A stretch of 64,000 bases of DNA from Camelus dromedarius (lineage: Eukaryota): the NCBI RefSeq assembly GCF_036321535.1, contig NC_087436.1, forward strand, positions 67,210,001-67,274,000, read 5' to 3'. The number at the start of each line of letters is the position of its first letter. The stretch's first letter is position 1. The notes under the pieces were generated by a model. That model had not been told where the DNA came from. It saw only the letters and a list, made by a program, of their open reading frames with translations, and searched no databases. Positions 13,298 through 25,879 of this stretch are shown here, piece by piece. Made by a program: the position numbers and the translations under genes.

Positions 13298-14662
13298 TTT
13301 TTCTATTTCTTTTTAACTGAAGTATAGTCAGTTGCTATGTGTCAATTTCTGGTGTACAGCACAGTGTCCCTGTCATGCATATACATACATATATTCATTT
13401 TCATATTCTTTTTCATTAATGGTTATGCATTACTGAATATAGTTCCCTGTGCTATACAGAAGAAATTTATTTTTTTAATCTATTTTTATTTGTAGTGGCT
13501 AACATTTGCAAATCTCAAATTCACAAATTTATCTCTTCCTACCCACTTTCCCCCAGTAACCATAAGATTGTTTACTATGTCTGCGAGTCTGTTTTTTAGA
13601 TAAGTTCATTAGTGTCCTCTTTTTTTTTTTCTTTTTTTGGATTCTACATATGAGTGATATCATATGGTATTTTTCTTTTTGTTTCTGGCTTACTTAAGTT
13701 AGAATGATGATCTCTAGGTCTATCCATGTTGCTACAAATGGCATTATCTTATTATTTTTTTATGGCTGAGTACCCTTCCATTGTATAAATACACCACAAC
13801 TTCTTTATGCAGTCGTCTGTCTATGGACATTTAGGTTGCTTCCATGTCTCGGCTACTGTATATAGCTCTGCTATGGACATTGGGGTGCATGTATCTTTTT
13901 GAATTAGAGTTCCCTCCAGATATATGCCTCAGAGTTGGATTTCTGGATCATATGATAAGTCTATTTTTAGTTTTATGAGGAATCTCTATACCGTTTTCCA
14001 TAATGGTTGCACTACACTACATTCCTGCCAGCAGTGTAGGAGGGTTCCCTTTTCTCCATACCCTGTCCAGCATTTATTGTTTGTGGACTTTTGCATGATA
14101 GCCATTCTGACTGATGTGAGGTGATACCTCATTGTAGTTTTGATTTGCATTTCTCTGATAATTAGCAATATTGAGCAGTTTTTCACGTGCCTTTTGGCCA
14201 TTTGTATGTCTTCATTGGAAAATTGCTTATTTAGGTCATATTACCCATGACATTTTTCACAGAACTAAGAACAAATAATCCTAAAATTTATATGTAATCA
14301 CAAAAAGACCCAGAATTGCCAAAGCAATACTGAAGAAAAAGAACAAAGCTGAAGGCATAACCCTCCCAGACTTCAGACAATACTGCAGAGCTACAGTAAT
14401 AAAAATAGTATGGTATTGGCATAAAAACAGACATCTGGATCAATGGAATAGAATAGAGGGCCCAGAAATAAACCCTCAGACCTTGAGTCAATTAATCTTC
14501 GACAAAGGAGGCAAGAATATACAATGGAGAAAAGATATTGTCTTCAGCAAGTGATGTTGGGAGAACTGGACAGCAGCATGTAAATCAGTGAAGTTAGAAC
14601 ACTCCCTCACACAAAAATAAACTCAAAATGGCTTAAAGACCTAAATAGAAGACAAAACATGA
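13298..14662 (-). mobile_element. 5'-inverted, 5'-truncated lineage-specific L1
   Basis: Poly(T), 3' UTR and ORF2 end on the minus strand (13298-14237), joined to a plus-strand ORF2 segment (about 14240-14662); TSD taagcatctt at 13288-13297 and 14663-14672. Confidence 0.92.
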
Positions 14663-14726
14663 TAAGCATCTTGATCATACATTTTTTCTTCTGGTTTTGA
14701 ACACATCCTAATAAAATATAATCTGC

Positions 14727-15180
14727 TGTAGGCTGTAGACCTACAGAGATGCTCCATTAGATCTCTCCTACAGGACTGAGGCACATGTTCCTCTAGCTGC
14801 TGGTGGTGTCAGCTGCATAGCTGTACCATATTTACCTCTGGGTTTCCTTCATAGAAAAGAAGGAAGCTTCTTCCATGAAGCTCCATGACCCCTTCCTGAG
14901 GCAATTCATATTCAATGACTGGTTGATGAAGAAGGTACAAAGTCTGATCCCCTTAAATCATTTTGAGACAACTTTGTAAGCCACTTTAATTCCAGAGCTC
15001 ACCGTGAAATCATCTGAGCTATCTATTGAAACACTCCACATTTCAACTTCTCCTTCTGCTTAATCTTGTTTCCCTTATTTTATTTTAGGTATAGATCCTG
15101 GATACACTCTAAATAATCTTCCTGCATGCAATTCAATAGACTTTCTGGCTTTTAGTCTTTAGGAAACTACAACTTCAGCA
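14727..15180 (+). mobile_element. LTR16-family (ERVL) solo LTR
   Basis: LTR16 motifs ccagagctcaccgtgaaatcatctgag...tcaacttctccttctgcttaatcttgtttccc...aataatcttcctgcatgcaa. Confidence 0.75.
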
Positions 15181-15487
15181 TGGTAGGGAGTACTTCCATT
15201 GGAGAACTAGGGAGGAACCATGACTTGCATCAATTCTTTCACTGTGGTATTATCTGGAATATATTCTTTGAACTGCTTGATAGGTGATTTGGTAGCAAAT
15301 CTGTGGAACCAGCATTGAATCAGTTCCAAATGATTATTCTCTCCAGTCTTCAAACCCAGGCTGGGCCTAGATAGTGTAGCTTACTACACACTATTCATGA
15401 CCTGGTAACATTTATCTTGTTCTTTAAGAGTTCTAAAAAGTAAAATACTCTGTGCCTTGTAGACAAAAGTAATCAGTAGGTTAATCT

Positions 15488-15650
15488 AGGAGCTATTCTA
15501 AATGTTCACGTGAATTAACTCATTTATTCATATCAGGTATATACTATTTCTATCCTCATTTAACAGATGAGGAAACTGAAGCTGACTACTTAATTTATTG
15601 AAGATCACACAGCTAGAAAGTAGAAGAGATGAAATTTAAACTCCAGAATT
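15488..15650 (-). mobile_element. MIR SINE
   Basis: tatcctcatttaacagatgaggaaactgaagct...aagatcacacagctagaaagt. Confidence 0.85.
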
Positions 15651-17929
15651 TTTGCCGTGCAAGATTCAGGGAGGGAAAAGGAAAAAAAGAGATTTTTAGG
15701 ATCACTAAGAGAGAAACTTAGGGTGTTGAATCATATAAAGTATATTCAAGCAACAACTTGTTCAGTGATTCTAACAGAGCATGTTTGGAAAAGTACATTG
15801 GTGGCAAACCAACAAGCCTAGAGCATCTGTTTTTCACTCTGTGTGAATGTAGTCAACAACTAAATTGTTTTGAGAAGGAAACTGAGAGGATAACCAGGTT
15901 ATGTAAGGAAAGATTTCTTTTTTTCATAGCCATTATTTGAGAAATGGCTTCAGTTAGAAATCTATTGATATCTAATAAAACTTGTTGTAGCCAACTTTAA
16001 TTCTCTTGTACCTCTATCTTTAAAGTTTTGGGGTTAATGACTCTTTTTTGAATAGGACAAAAGTGACACATTTGAACCTTTTACTTTTATGCACTAATTA
16101 CTTTATCAAAGGCAAATATAAATTTTAGAGTTGGGCAGTTCTGAGTTAAATAGCTCATTTGGAGATTTATATATATGTTTTTAATGTAAGCATTGGGTGG
16201 ATATTCTCTTGATGAAAGATGGAATGAGGATGGCATTCCTCCTGAACAAAGAACTACTTAAGAATGAATGTCCTCCTGAAAAAAATCTAGTACCAAGAAA
16301 CTGAGTATTAAAAACAAATTGACAAAAATATCTTCAAAAAATGCACAGATTATTATTGAATTAATCTTTTAATTTTCAATGACAAATTTTTATAAATAGC
16401 ATAAAAAATTCATTTTTGTTATAAAAATCTGGGTGCATGATTGGTCTAGCTTAAGGGAAACTCATGAATACCTTGTGAGGTATAAATTAAAATGGAATAT
16501 AAAATATTTTTACTGAAATAGAAGCTATCATATTGTCATTTCATCTGCTGTCTAACTCTGATGATTTCACTAAGAGTTTTTATTATTATCTGAAAATGAC
16601 AATTCAGTGCTCCAAAAGTGATTGATTCTAAAAATTAAAGATACAAACTAATAATAAAAATCATAACAAACCACATTTGTGGTAAAAGATGGATAAGAAT
16701 TGATAAATTCTGTCCTTAGGTGTACTTATCACCATTAATTATGGAGTACTGTACAATGGTGCAACTCTTCTTATAATTATAAACACATAAAATAATTCAC
16801 CCTTAATTGTTTAAATATTATCCTGGAGCAAAGGATTTTAAAAGAAATAATAAATACTGACCTAAGTACTGCAGCTGGATACTTGGATTTACACTAAATT
16901 CTGTCTGTTTATACTTTATGTTAATTACGATAATAATTTTCTTTTAATAGAGCCAAGAGTTTTTGACATATGAAAATGTCTGACTCTATCCATTTCATCT
17001 CCTCCTGACTTTTCTAACTTTGTTTTATCCTTCACTATCTTTTGCTCACTTTTCATGTCTGTCACCACAGTGTTCTCACACCCATTTTTTTTCTTAGAGC
17101 ATTCAAAGTATATTTACAAAAAATGTATCTCCTGTTTTGTTATTTTATTCTCTGTAAGTCTTTTTATTGGCTCTATGTTTTCCAACTTGAAATACTCATC
17201 CTTAACCTCTTTCTACTAAAAGTTTGTTTTCTGTGTTTCTTTTCCTCTTTGCTCTTCAAGTTCAGTTAAATGTATTGCTTTATATTTGCTCCCATCCAAT
17301 TTGCCATGCCACAGATTTTTTTCCTCAGTAATCTTAAACCAACTTCCTGATTCAGTTTCCTTATCAAGATTCACTTAGACATTCCTCAAAGAGAAAAATA
17401 CAGAAAGATGACACTCATAATGGGGGATTCTTCACGATTCAGAATGAATTTTTAAGATGGTTAGGTCATATTATTAAACTCAGCATTTACTAAACACCTA
17501 TTATATGGAAAATATAAAATCAAAATAAATCCTGTCAAAAGTTGGAAAATTGTCTTTTCTTCTAATCTCTCTTTTAAAGCAGAACAGTTAGATTTAGCAC
17601 AAGTATATTTTTATTTTGAAGACATTAAAACAGAGTGATTATCAATAAGCAGCCTTAAATGTTCAGTTCTTCCTTTTTTCTTTTTTCTTGCATTTGCTTT
17701 TATGTTCACATGCCAAAAGCATGCATTTGGGAGAGATCTGACTTGAGATACTGCTTTTATCTTATTTCTTATACAAATTTAACAGGCTGAAGGAGGCCTT
17801 TGTCTCTTTGGCACAGGTATTCAGTGTTATCAAAACTTGAATATCAATATAAAATTTAATAATTTCAAGTTGAGTTGAAATATTTTAAAGCATATTTTAG
17901 AAATGTGCTAATTTTTATTCAATAAGGAT

Positions 17930-18025
17930 GTCTTTATATTAATAGTTTTATTATTAATGCTATTATTAGTTTTATTATTATATACATTATATATTATATA
18001 TTTTTTATTATTACTATTATTATCA
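17930..18025. repeat. AT-rich (TTA)-like low-complexity tract
   Basis: Read directly. Confidence 0.8.
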
Positions 18026-18679
18026 ATAGTGTTAACATTAGGCAACCATTTAAGTTTGTGGATTTTTCTTATTTAAAGTTTGTATGAACCTTTAAAGAAT
18101 GTCAGATATTATTTGGCACTTAACAATCAGATCAAATAAGAAAGATTTTTATTTTGGCCTTTCTTAAATTGCAAATAAAATACGTATTTTATTGCAAATT
18201 TGATATTAGGCCATCGTTTTGAAGTACTCTTATTAACTCAGGAAATTTCAGTTATGAAAGAACAAAATCCAGACAATTTAAGATTTTCCAGTGTGAAAAC
18301 TGAAATATCTTTTTTTATGCTTAACTATATCCATCTCTCAACTCTTTCAAATGTGGTATATATCTACCTAGTTAGTAACTATTATGACTACTAATATTAT
18401 TAGTTATATATATATAACTAATAGTATATAATTAGTCATTAATAATACTGTATTTTAATATAGCATATGAAATTATTGTACTTATTTAGGTGTTTGACAA
18501 AGGTAAAGATGGCATTTAAGAACATGAAATGTTCTCATTTGAAATACTGAAATATGCATTTAAAACTAAAGATCTTCCCAAGGAGGATCATTCAGGTCAG
18601 CAGAGCCCATAATGTGTTGATTTGAACCAGCCAATTAATGATACTTTATATTTATGAGTATTTTATATCTTTGAGGAAG

Positions 18680-18850
18680 TTTTGTAAGGTTGTTTTACAT
18701 AAATTAATCAATTCCATCCAAACAGTAACTAAGTGACTTAGGTAAAATACTTACTCCATTTTATAGTTGAGGAAACTGAGACAAAGAAAGGTAATGTTAA
18801 TGTGCTCAAAGTCACAGAGCTTTGTGAGAGACACGGAATTTGACTAAGCA
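18680..18850 (-). mobile_element. MIR SINE
   Basis: ctccattttatagttgaggaaactgagacaaagaaaggtaa...tgctcaaagtcacagagct. Confidence 0.85.
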
Positions 18851-19299
18851 TATATAGATATATAAATATATATGTTTCTGGATATTACCTTTTATTCTGG
18901 ATATTGCCCATTTTACATGTTAGTGGTCTCTTTCCTGCATGTGATTATACTATATTTGGAAGAATATAGCACCTTTTCATTTTAAGAGGGCCTTGTCCTA
19001 TGTAGTCATGAACATTATACTCCATATTACTGAAGGTAGGGAACTGACATATATGCAAGTCATGTAAACAAATTAATGAACTTAAAGTATTATAATGGAC
19101 ACTATGCAATGAAAGGATGTCCAACTAAGAGTCCATTTATACAAGCAAAGAAGAAAACCTTGTTTTACAATTCATAATTCTCAGTTAATCAGCTGTGAAA
19201 ATAATTTTCTTCATAATTGGCCTAGCTGTAATAATCAGAGAATTTGAGAAATCATTGAGTAATCACTGAATATCACTATTTAGGGTAAATCACTGTTTC

Positions 19300-21520
19300 A
19301 AGTAATGGGCAAAATAAATAAACAAGATAGTTGTTTCATAAAAGAACCTCACTCTCTAGTTGGGGTCATGCATACTTGAACAATAAATTTATATCACCAT
19401 ATAGACATTTTCTTCAGTAGAAGAAGGCACTAGTGCTTTGAAAATACAAATATGATCTGTGTGACCTGGCCAGGTGACTCTGGAAGGTTTTATTCTTTCC
19501 TTCCAAAAAATAAGACTGAAGATCTACTTACATGACACACTGACCTTAGCTATTGGGGTACACAAATAAATAAAGCAGCTTTCCTGTGCTTTAATAGTTC
19601 ATGGTCTGAAAAACAAGGGGAACAAGTATGTAGATAAACAAAGGGATGCTATAATAGAAGGTTATATAAGGACTTTTGGAGGTAAGCATCAGTGTTAAAG
19701 TAGGAAATTACCAAAATAATGTTTGGGGTGATAGAAAAAGGACATGAGAAACTGGACAGCTGCATGTAAATCAATGAAGTTAGAATACTCCCTCACCCCA
19801 TACACAAAAATAAACTCAAAATGGCTTAAAGACTTAAACACAAGACAAGACACAATGAATCTCCTAGAAGAAAACATAGGCAGAGCATTATCTGACATAC
19901 ATCCCAGCAGTGTTCTCCTAGGAGAGTCTACCCGAGCAATAGAAATGAAAGCAAAAATAAACAAATGGGACCTAATTAAACTTACAAGCTTTTGCACAGC
20001 AAAGGTAACGATAAGCAAAAACAAAAGACAACCTGCAGATTAGGAGATAATATTTGCAAAAAATGAGACTGACAAGGGCTTGATTTCCAGAATATATAAA
20101 CAGCTCATACAGCTAAATAACAAAAGAACAAACAACCCAATCCAAAAAGGGGGAGAAGACCTAAACAAGCAATTCTCCAATGAAAACATATGAATGGCCA
20201 ATAGGCATATGAGAAAATGCTCAGTATCACTAATTATCAGAGAAATGCAAATCAAAACTACAGTGAGGTATCACCTCACACAGTCAGAATGGCCTTCATT
20301 CAAAAGTCCACAAACAATAAATGCTGGAGAGGGTATGGAGAAAAGGGAACCCTCCTACACTATTGGTAGGAATGCAATTTGGTGCAGCCATTATGGAAAA
20401 CAGTATGGAGATTCCTCATAAAACTAAAAATAGTCTTATCATATGATCCAGCAATCCCACTCCTGGGCATATACCCAGAGGAAACCTTAATTCAAAAAGA
20501 CACCTGCACCCCAGTGTTCATAGCAGCACTATTTACAATAGCTGAGACATGGAAACAACCTAAATGTCCATAGACAGACGACTGCATAAAGAAGTTGTGG
20601 TATATTTATACAATGGAATATTACTCAGCTGTACGAATAATAAAATAATGCCATTTTCAGCAACATGGATGGACCTGGAGAATGTCATTCTAAGTGAAGT
20701 AAGCCAAAAACAGAAAGAAAAATACCATATGATACCACTCATATGTGGAATCTTCAAAAAAAAAAAAAAAACAAAAAAAAACAAATGAACTAAAACAGAA
20801 ACACACTCACAGACATAGAAAACAAACTTATGGTTAGCAGAGGGGATGGGGGTGGGAAGGAATAAATTGGGAGTTCGAGATTTGCAGATACTGACTGGTC
20901 TATATAAAATAGATACACAAGTTTATACTATATAGCACAGGGAATTATATTCAATATCTTGTAGCCTATGGTGAAAAAGAATACGAAAACAAATGTATGT
21001 ATATTCATGTATGACTGAAGCACTGTGCTGTACACAAGAAATTGACACAATATTGTAAACTGACTATACTTCAATTTTAAAAAAAGTTAAAAAAGAAAAG
21101 GGACACGTGAAAAAACAAAAGTATAAGAGAATGGGATACACAAGGAATTGTTTCCACTAGAACTTGCCTGTATGGATTGATAAGGTAAAAACTGGAGATA
21201 CAGGCAAGGCTAAATGAGGAAGGCTAGTAAACAATTATTAATAAATTTGGACTTTTTTCTTAGGTCATTGATTTTTCTTTATGTCACTGATTCTGCAACT
21301 TCTGTTTGCATGAGACACAAGTATTCTGATTCTCTGGGTTCAAGTTATACTTTTAAGAAAATTTCCTAAGTAATGGGAATAACTGAAACTAGATTGTTAT
21401 TGGAGTCAAGATGGTAAATTATGAAAACCTGAGCCATGACAGTAGGCAGAAAGACCAAAAATGTGTAGTCATTTGAAATAATCAGTTTTATTAAAGTTTA
21501 TTGTCTGATGGATGAGCTAA
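19300..21520 (-). mobile_element. L2 remnant(s) hosting the L1 at 19747
   Basis: Antisense L2 3'-region motifs on both sides of the L1 (gctattggggtacacaaataaataaagcag; aaaactggagatacaggcaaggctaaatgaggaagg). Confidence 0.55.
19747..21093 (+). mobile_element. 5'-truncated lineage-specific L1 (ORF2 C-terminus, 3' UTR, A-tail)
   Basis: Translates to ORF2 ([53 protein letters not shown]) with stops and frameshifts; TSD agaaaa[a/g]ggaca[t/c]g at 19733-19746 and 21094-21107. Confidence 0.95.
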
Positions 21521-23519
21521 TGAAGCATAAAGGAAATAAAAATGAAAATATTATGTTTAATCATTTCTCCGTCATACTCTTGTACACTACATATGGTTGT
21601 GTTGATTTTTTTTTTTTTTTTACCGGTTTGTATACATAGATAGCCTAGGGGTAAATCACAGCTTCTAACCAACTGTGTGACCCATGTTAGAGAAAAATAG
21701 AATGCTTTGTGAAAAATAGATGCTTTATGACAATAGATAAATAGCCCAGGAAAAATAACACTTTTTCACCTACTGTATGACCTGTATTAAAGACTAGTTT
21801 GTGTGAGAAGATGAGCTTTGTGATATCTGATAAATGTAACTAAACATTTATTTTATATGGAAGGAATAAAAATTACTCCTCCCCCCATATTCTTGGACTT
21901 CAAATTGGACAAAAAGTTTTGAACATATTTTGCCACATGGTGACAGTACAGAAGTCTACAACTGACTGCTGAATTTTGAGTACATCTTCAAGTGTTACTA
22001 TGGAACACTGGGTGAGAATCACAATTGAATAATATTTTTAACAATGCCATTAGTGTATATTAGACATACAACTGAATTTATAGTTTCTATTAAGAATGTT
22101 ATGATATTCTGCCTTCCTTTTACACCCCCCTTGTGTTATTTTAAACTCTCTCCCATTTATCTTTTGATCAATCTGAAAAGACATCTTCTGGTCAAAAAAA
22201 AGTCCAAGATCAAGAGTATGGGAAAGATATGAATGAAAATAGAAACTACATTAATTGCTTTACTCAGTTCATTTAGTGTATCTGTCAAGCTGCTTATTCT
22301 TCAATAAATTTAAGAGTTTAAAATTCTCCAAATGAGTCCCTCTAGCAATCAGATGTGATTTATGCAGTTCATATTTTCTATTGTTGTTGTTTCTGAGCAT
22401 GTTATAGTTATCTATAAATTAAACAATGAGAAAAAGCCCAAGGCTTCATGATTTAAAAAAAAAAAGTTAAACTTGTGCCTTGGGGAAAAAGTTTGAGCTG
22501 AAGGTCTAGGACTGAGCTTTCCGATTACGTTGGCTCTCGTTTTCTTTCTTTTCTTCCATATGTTTGGATTACATTAAAATTTGACATTTTAATCGTGCTG
22601 TGAGTGAACACCAAATAAAATCTGTACCCAGTGTATATAAGTGATAAGAGATGTGAAAAAATGTCACATTTTTTTCTTCCCAAATTTCAAAAATTCATTA
22701 GGCACAATTTCCTGAATTTGTAACTACTTGAATGTGTTAGATTGGAATCATATATAATTTAAAATTATTTCAACACTTCTTTGTGAATGGTTTTTAAACA
22801 ATACACTTGTTTGCATTTTTTATTTAATTTGTTATTGCAGTGCATTCTAGTTATGAAATAATTTGGATTATTATGTTACAGAGCTGAATGACACAAAGCA
22901 ATTTTCATTAGTCGACATTTAGTCTTCTCGGTCAGGGATTTAAGCATTCCTTATTATAACCCAAGTAAATGCCTGAGATTTTTTTTCTCCCACTACTGTA
23001 TACTGGGTAGCCTATACTATAGCTAAATTTGACTCATTATTCTTTGTTATAGATGCCTGGAACTTGCCTTCATTTGTCCATTCATACTATTTTACTGATT
23101 GCCATGTCTCCCCCCACTTCAGTTTCTTATTTCTACCATGTTTCAGTATCTGACCCAGATTTTAAAACGGTTAATAGCTTCACTAATCAAAATTATCCTC
23201 TACCTCATGAACCACTATAATAAGATACATATGTAAATTATATAATATTATATAATAAGCAAGTTATTTATAAGCATACCTATTTTGGAGTTATCTTATT
23301 GTCAGTTTCTTTTATAGACTGTATGCAGTAACAAAACCAATGTGTTATTCCTCTTTTGATCTAATTAGCACAATGAGAGAAAAAAAAATCCATAAATAAA
23401 TATTGGAATTGAATTATTCTTCCCTGAAAATTATATTCTTTGTTTTTTTTGTTTTTTTCTGAGTCCCTTCTTCTCTTCTTGAATACATTATTTATCAATT
23501 GTTTAACTATTTTGATATG

Positions 23520-23620
23520 TTGTCAGCACTCTGAAATCTAAGAGTATATCTTATGTATTTTGATCCACTCAAGTGCATAGCATGAAATTGAACATATAGT
23601 AGATACTCAATAAAATACTG
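23520..23620 (+). mobile_element. L2 3' end
   Basis: gtgcatagcatgaaattgaacatatagtagatactcaataaaatac. Confidence 0.6.
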
Positions 23621-25879
23621 TGACTTGCTACCTTTAATTAATTTCTTTGATGATTGTGACTTTATTTAGAACATAAGAAAGCCTGTCTGATGAAGAATCA
23701 AATTTCTCTTGATATGTTTAAGCTAATGCAACATTATTCAGATCATAGAACTTAAAAGTAGATCAAAAAACTTAAAAGTAGAATGGTTAAATATAAAATA
23801 AGACATAATGAAATAAAATTATGCAAATTATATAACCAATTATTATGAATACAATGGGTTTATCATATTAGGGATTGAATGCTCATTTCTTGAATGATAT
23901 GTTTATTTAAGTTATGTATAGTGAAATATTGTGTAGGAAAGAATCAGAGTAAAGTTTGCACTGTCCAATCACCATAAAATGCTAAATTATTAACATTCTT
24001 CTGATTGATTTTAAGTTAAGCGTGGCAAAATATAACTCAAATGATTGGCCATTGACCACTTTTTTTTACTTTGATAAAATAGAGTGAAAGAGACAATAGT
24101 TATTTAATTTTCCTGTGAAATCCAAAAAGCAGGCAAACTATCACTGTGAAGAGTTTCTCAAAGCATCAGGTTTACATCTTTTCTTTGTGTGTTGAACTGT
24201 TGATTTCTTTGTTTTTAAACAATGTGTTTATGACCTACAGCTTGCCAGTCTCAAAGCAACAGCCCTTTTATTCTTTTTTAGCCTGCAATGGCCTCACTTT
24301 TACAGAATTATGACTTCATTCACCAGCAGGCTTGCTTTAAGACTACAGTGAGTCCAACTTCCTATGCAGAATATGTGCTAAAGCTTCTGGCTGAGCCCTA
24401 AGACATTTTAGAAGTTCTATTTCACATGACAGAAAAGGCACCAAGCCACTACACATGCATAATTCTGTCAATTATCTAAATCTGGCACAAAATTCACGAC
24501 ACTTAAGGGGAAAATATGCCAAGAGATTGTAGTTTCAGGACAGAAATTGCTAACTTTTTTTGTTTAGTATTATTTTCCATGTTTAAAGTTTGCAGTTGGT
24601 CCCTTAAAAATGGATGGCAAGATGGGGGATGGGAAAGAAACATATGCAAACATGAAAAGTATTCACAGAATATTAATGCTAAAGATAGCTTTTTAGGGAC
24701 AGATTATTATCCCTTGAACACATGAAAAGTAGAGAAGTTTAATTTATGAAATCTGAATATCTATAAATTTTTACAGTGGATGATAGCAAACTGGTGAATT
24801 GAGCCTTCACTTAGTAGCTATTTTCTTCTTTGGTGATGATTGTCATTTTGAATTGGCTTAGAGGTGCTTTCTCTCATTTATATAGAGAATGTATATGTAG
24901 TGCAGAATTGAGTGAGTAAGGTGAGGAAGGTAGAGCAAAGGAAATCAGAGTAGGTAGGTTCTACTAAGTGAAATGGTGGATGAGTGCAATTATTGGCACC
25001 TCTTATAACTAAAATTGAAGGTGATCACAACCTAATTTAGTAGCATGCTTAGGGCACTTATCCTCACAGCTGACAAAGAGGAAGACCTATACTGTGATAC
25101 CTCAGTACTTGCATGCTATAGAATATTCCGGTTTGTTGTCTTTGTGCCCAATTGTGCAACTGCATTCCAAATTCAGAGCTCAGTTCTATTATGAAAATGC
25201 AGCTCTTGTGAGTGCTGAAAAATGTAGCATCCCATGCTGCTCAAATGCGGAGAAAAAGAAGTGTTTCTAAGACAATTATACTAAGTATAGTTTGCATGTA
25301 ATGATCAAGATAAGCTCTTCAGAGCTTTTAGGTGTGAATCAAACCTCCTTAAAGAATAAGCTTGCAAATTATTCAGTATTATACTTGAAGGAATATATTC
25401 CTAAAGCTGAAACTTAGGACATTTTTCTGCAAATGTCTTCCCTGATTTTGTTCATTTTATCAAAGTTGCTAGATGGTTGATGATTCATCCTTGAGTGTTT
25501 GTTCTTAGCAAAGTTCCTAGCTTGATGGTAATTTCAAAAGTACAAATAGAAGCACTACTTTAAAGGTAAATTCTCAAGTTCTCTACTTAAGCACACTTCA
25601 TTACAAATGGTCCAAAGTAAAATTTAGTTCAAAGTTAGATAAATTTTCCCATCCATCAGACTGAGGAGATTATACTTCATACTTCTACCTATGTTTTTAT
25701 AAGCCATTCTAGAATCAAACATACTTTTTAAAAAATTCCATCTGCCTTTGGAGTTTATTAATGGTTTTGGTCATTTCAATTAATTTAAATAAGTGAGACA
25801 GATTATTACTGCACCACAAAAGGTTACATTTTTAAATAAAAGGAAATGATAAAAATAATTGAATTGATGTAATTTTTAA

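Noticed and set aside
16200..16700. Possible old DNA-transposon internal fragment
   Set aside because: I could not identify TIRs or a diagnostic consensus match by eye.
19695..20788. Cluster of overlapping ORFs on both strands
   Set aside because: These are broken L1 ORF2 fragments and their antisense frames.
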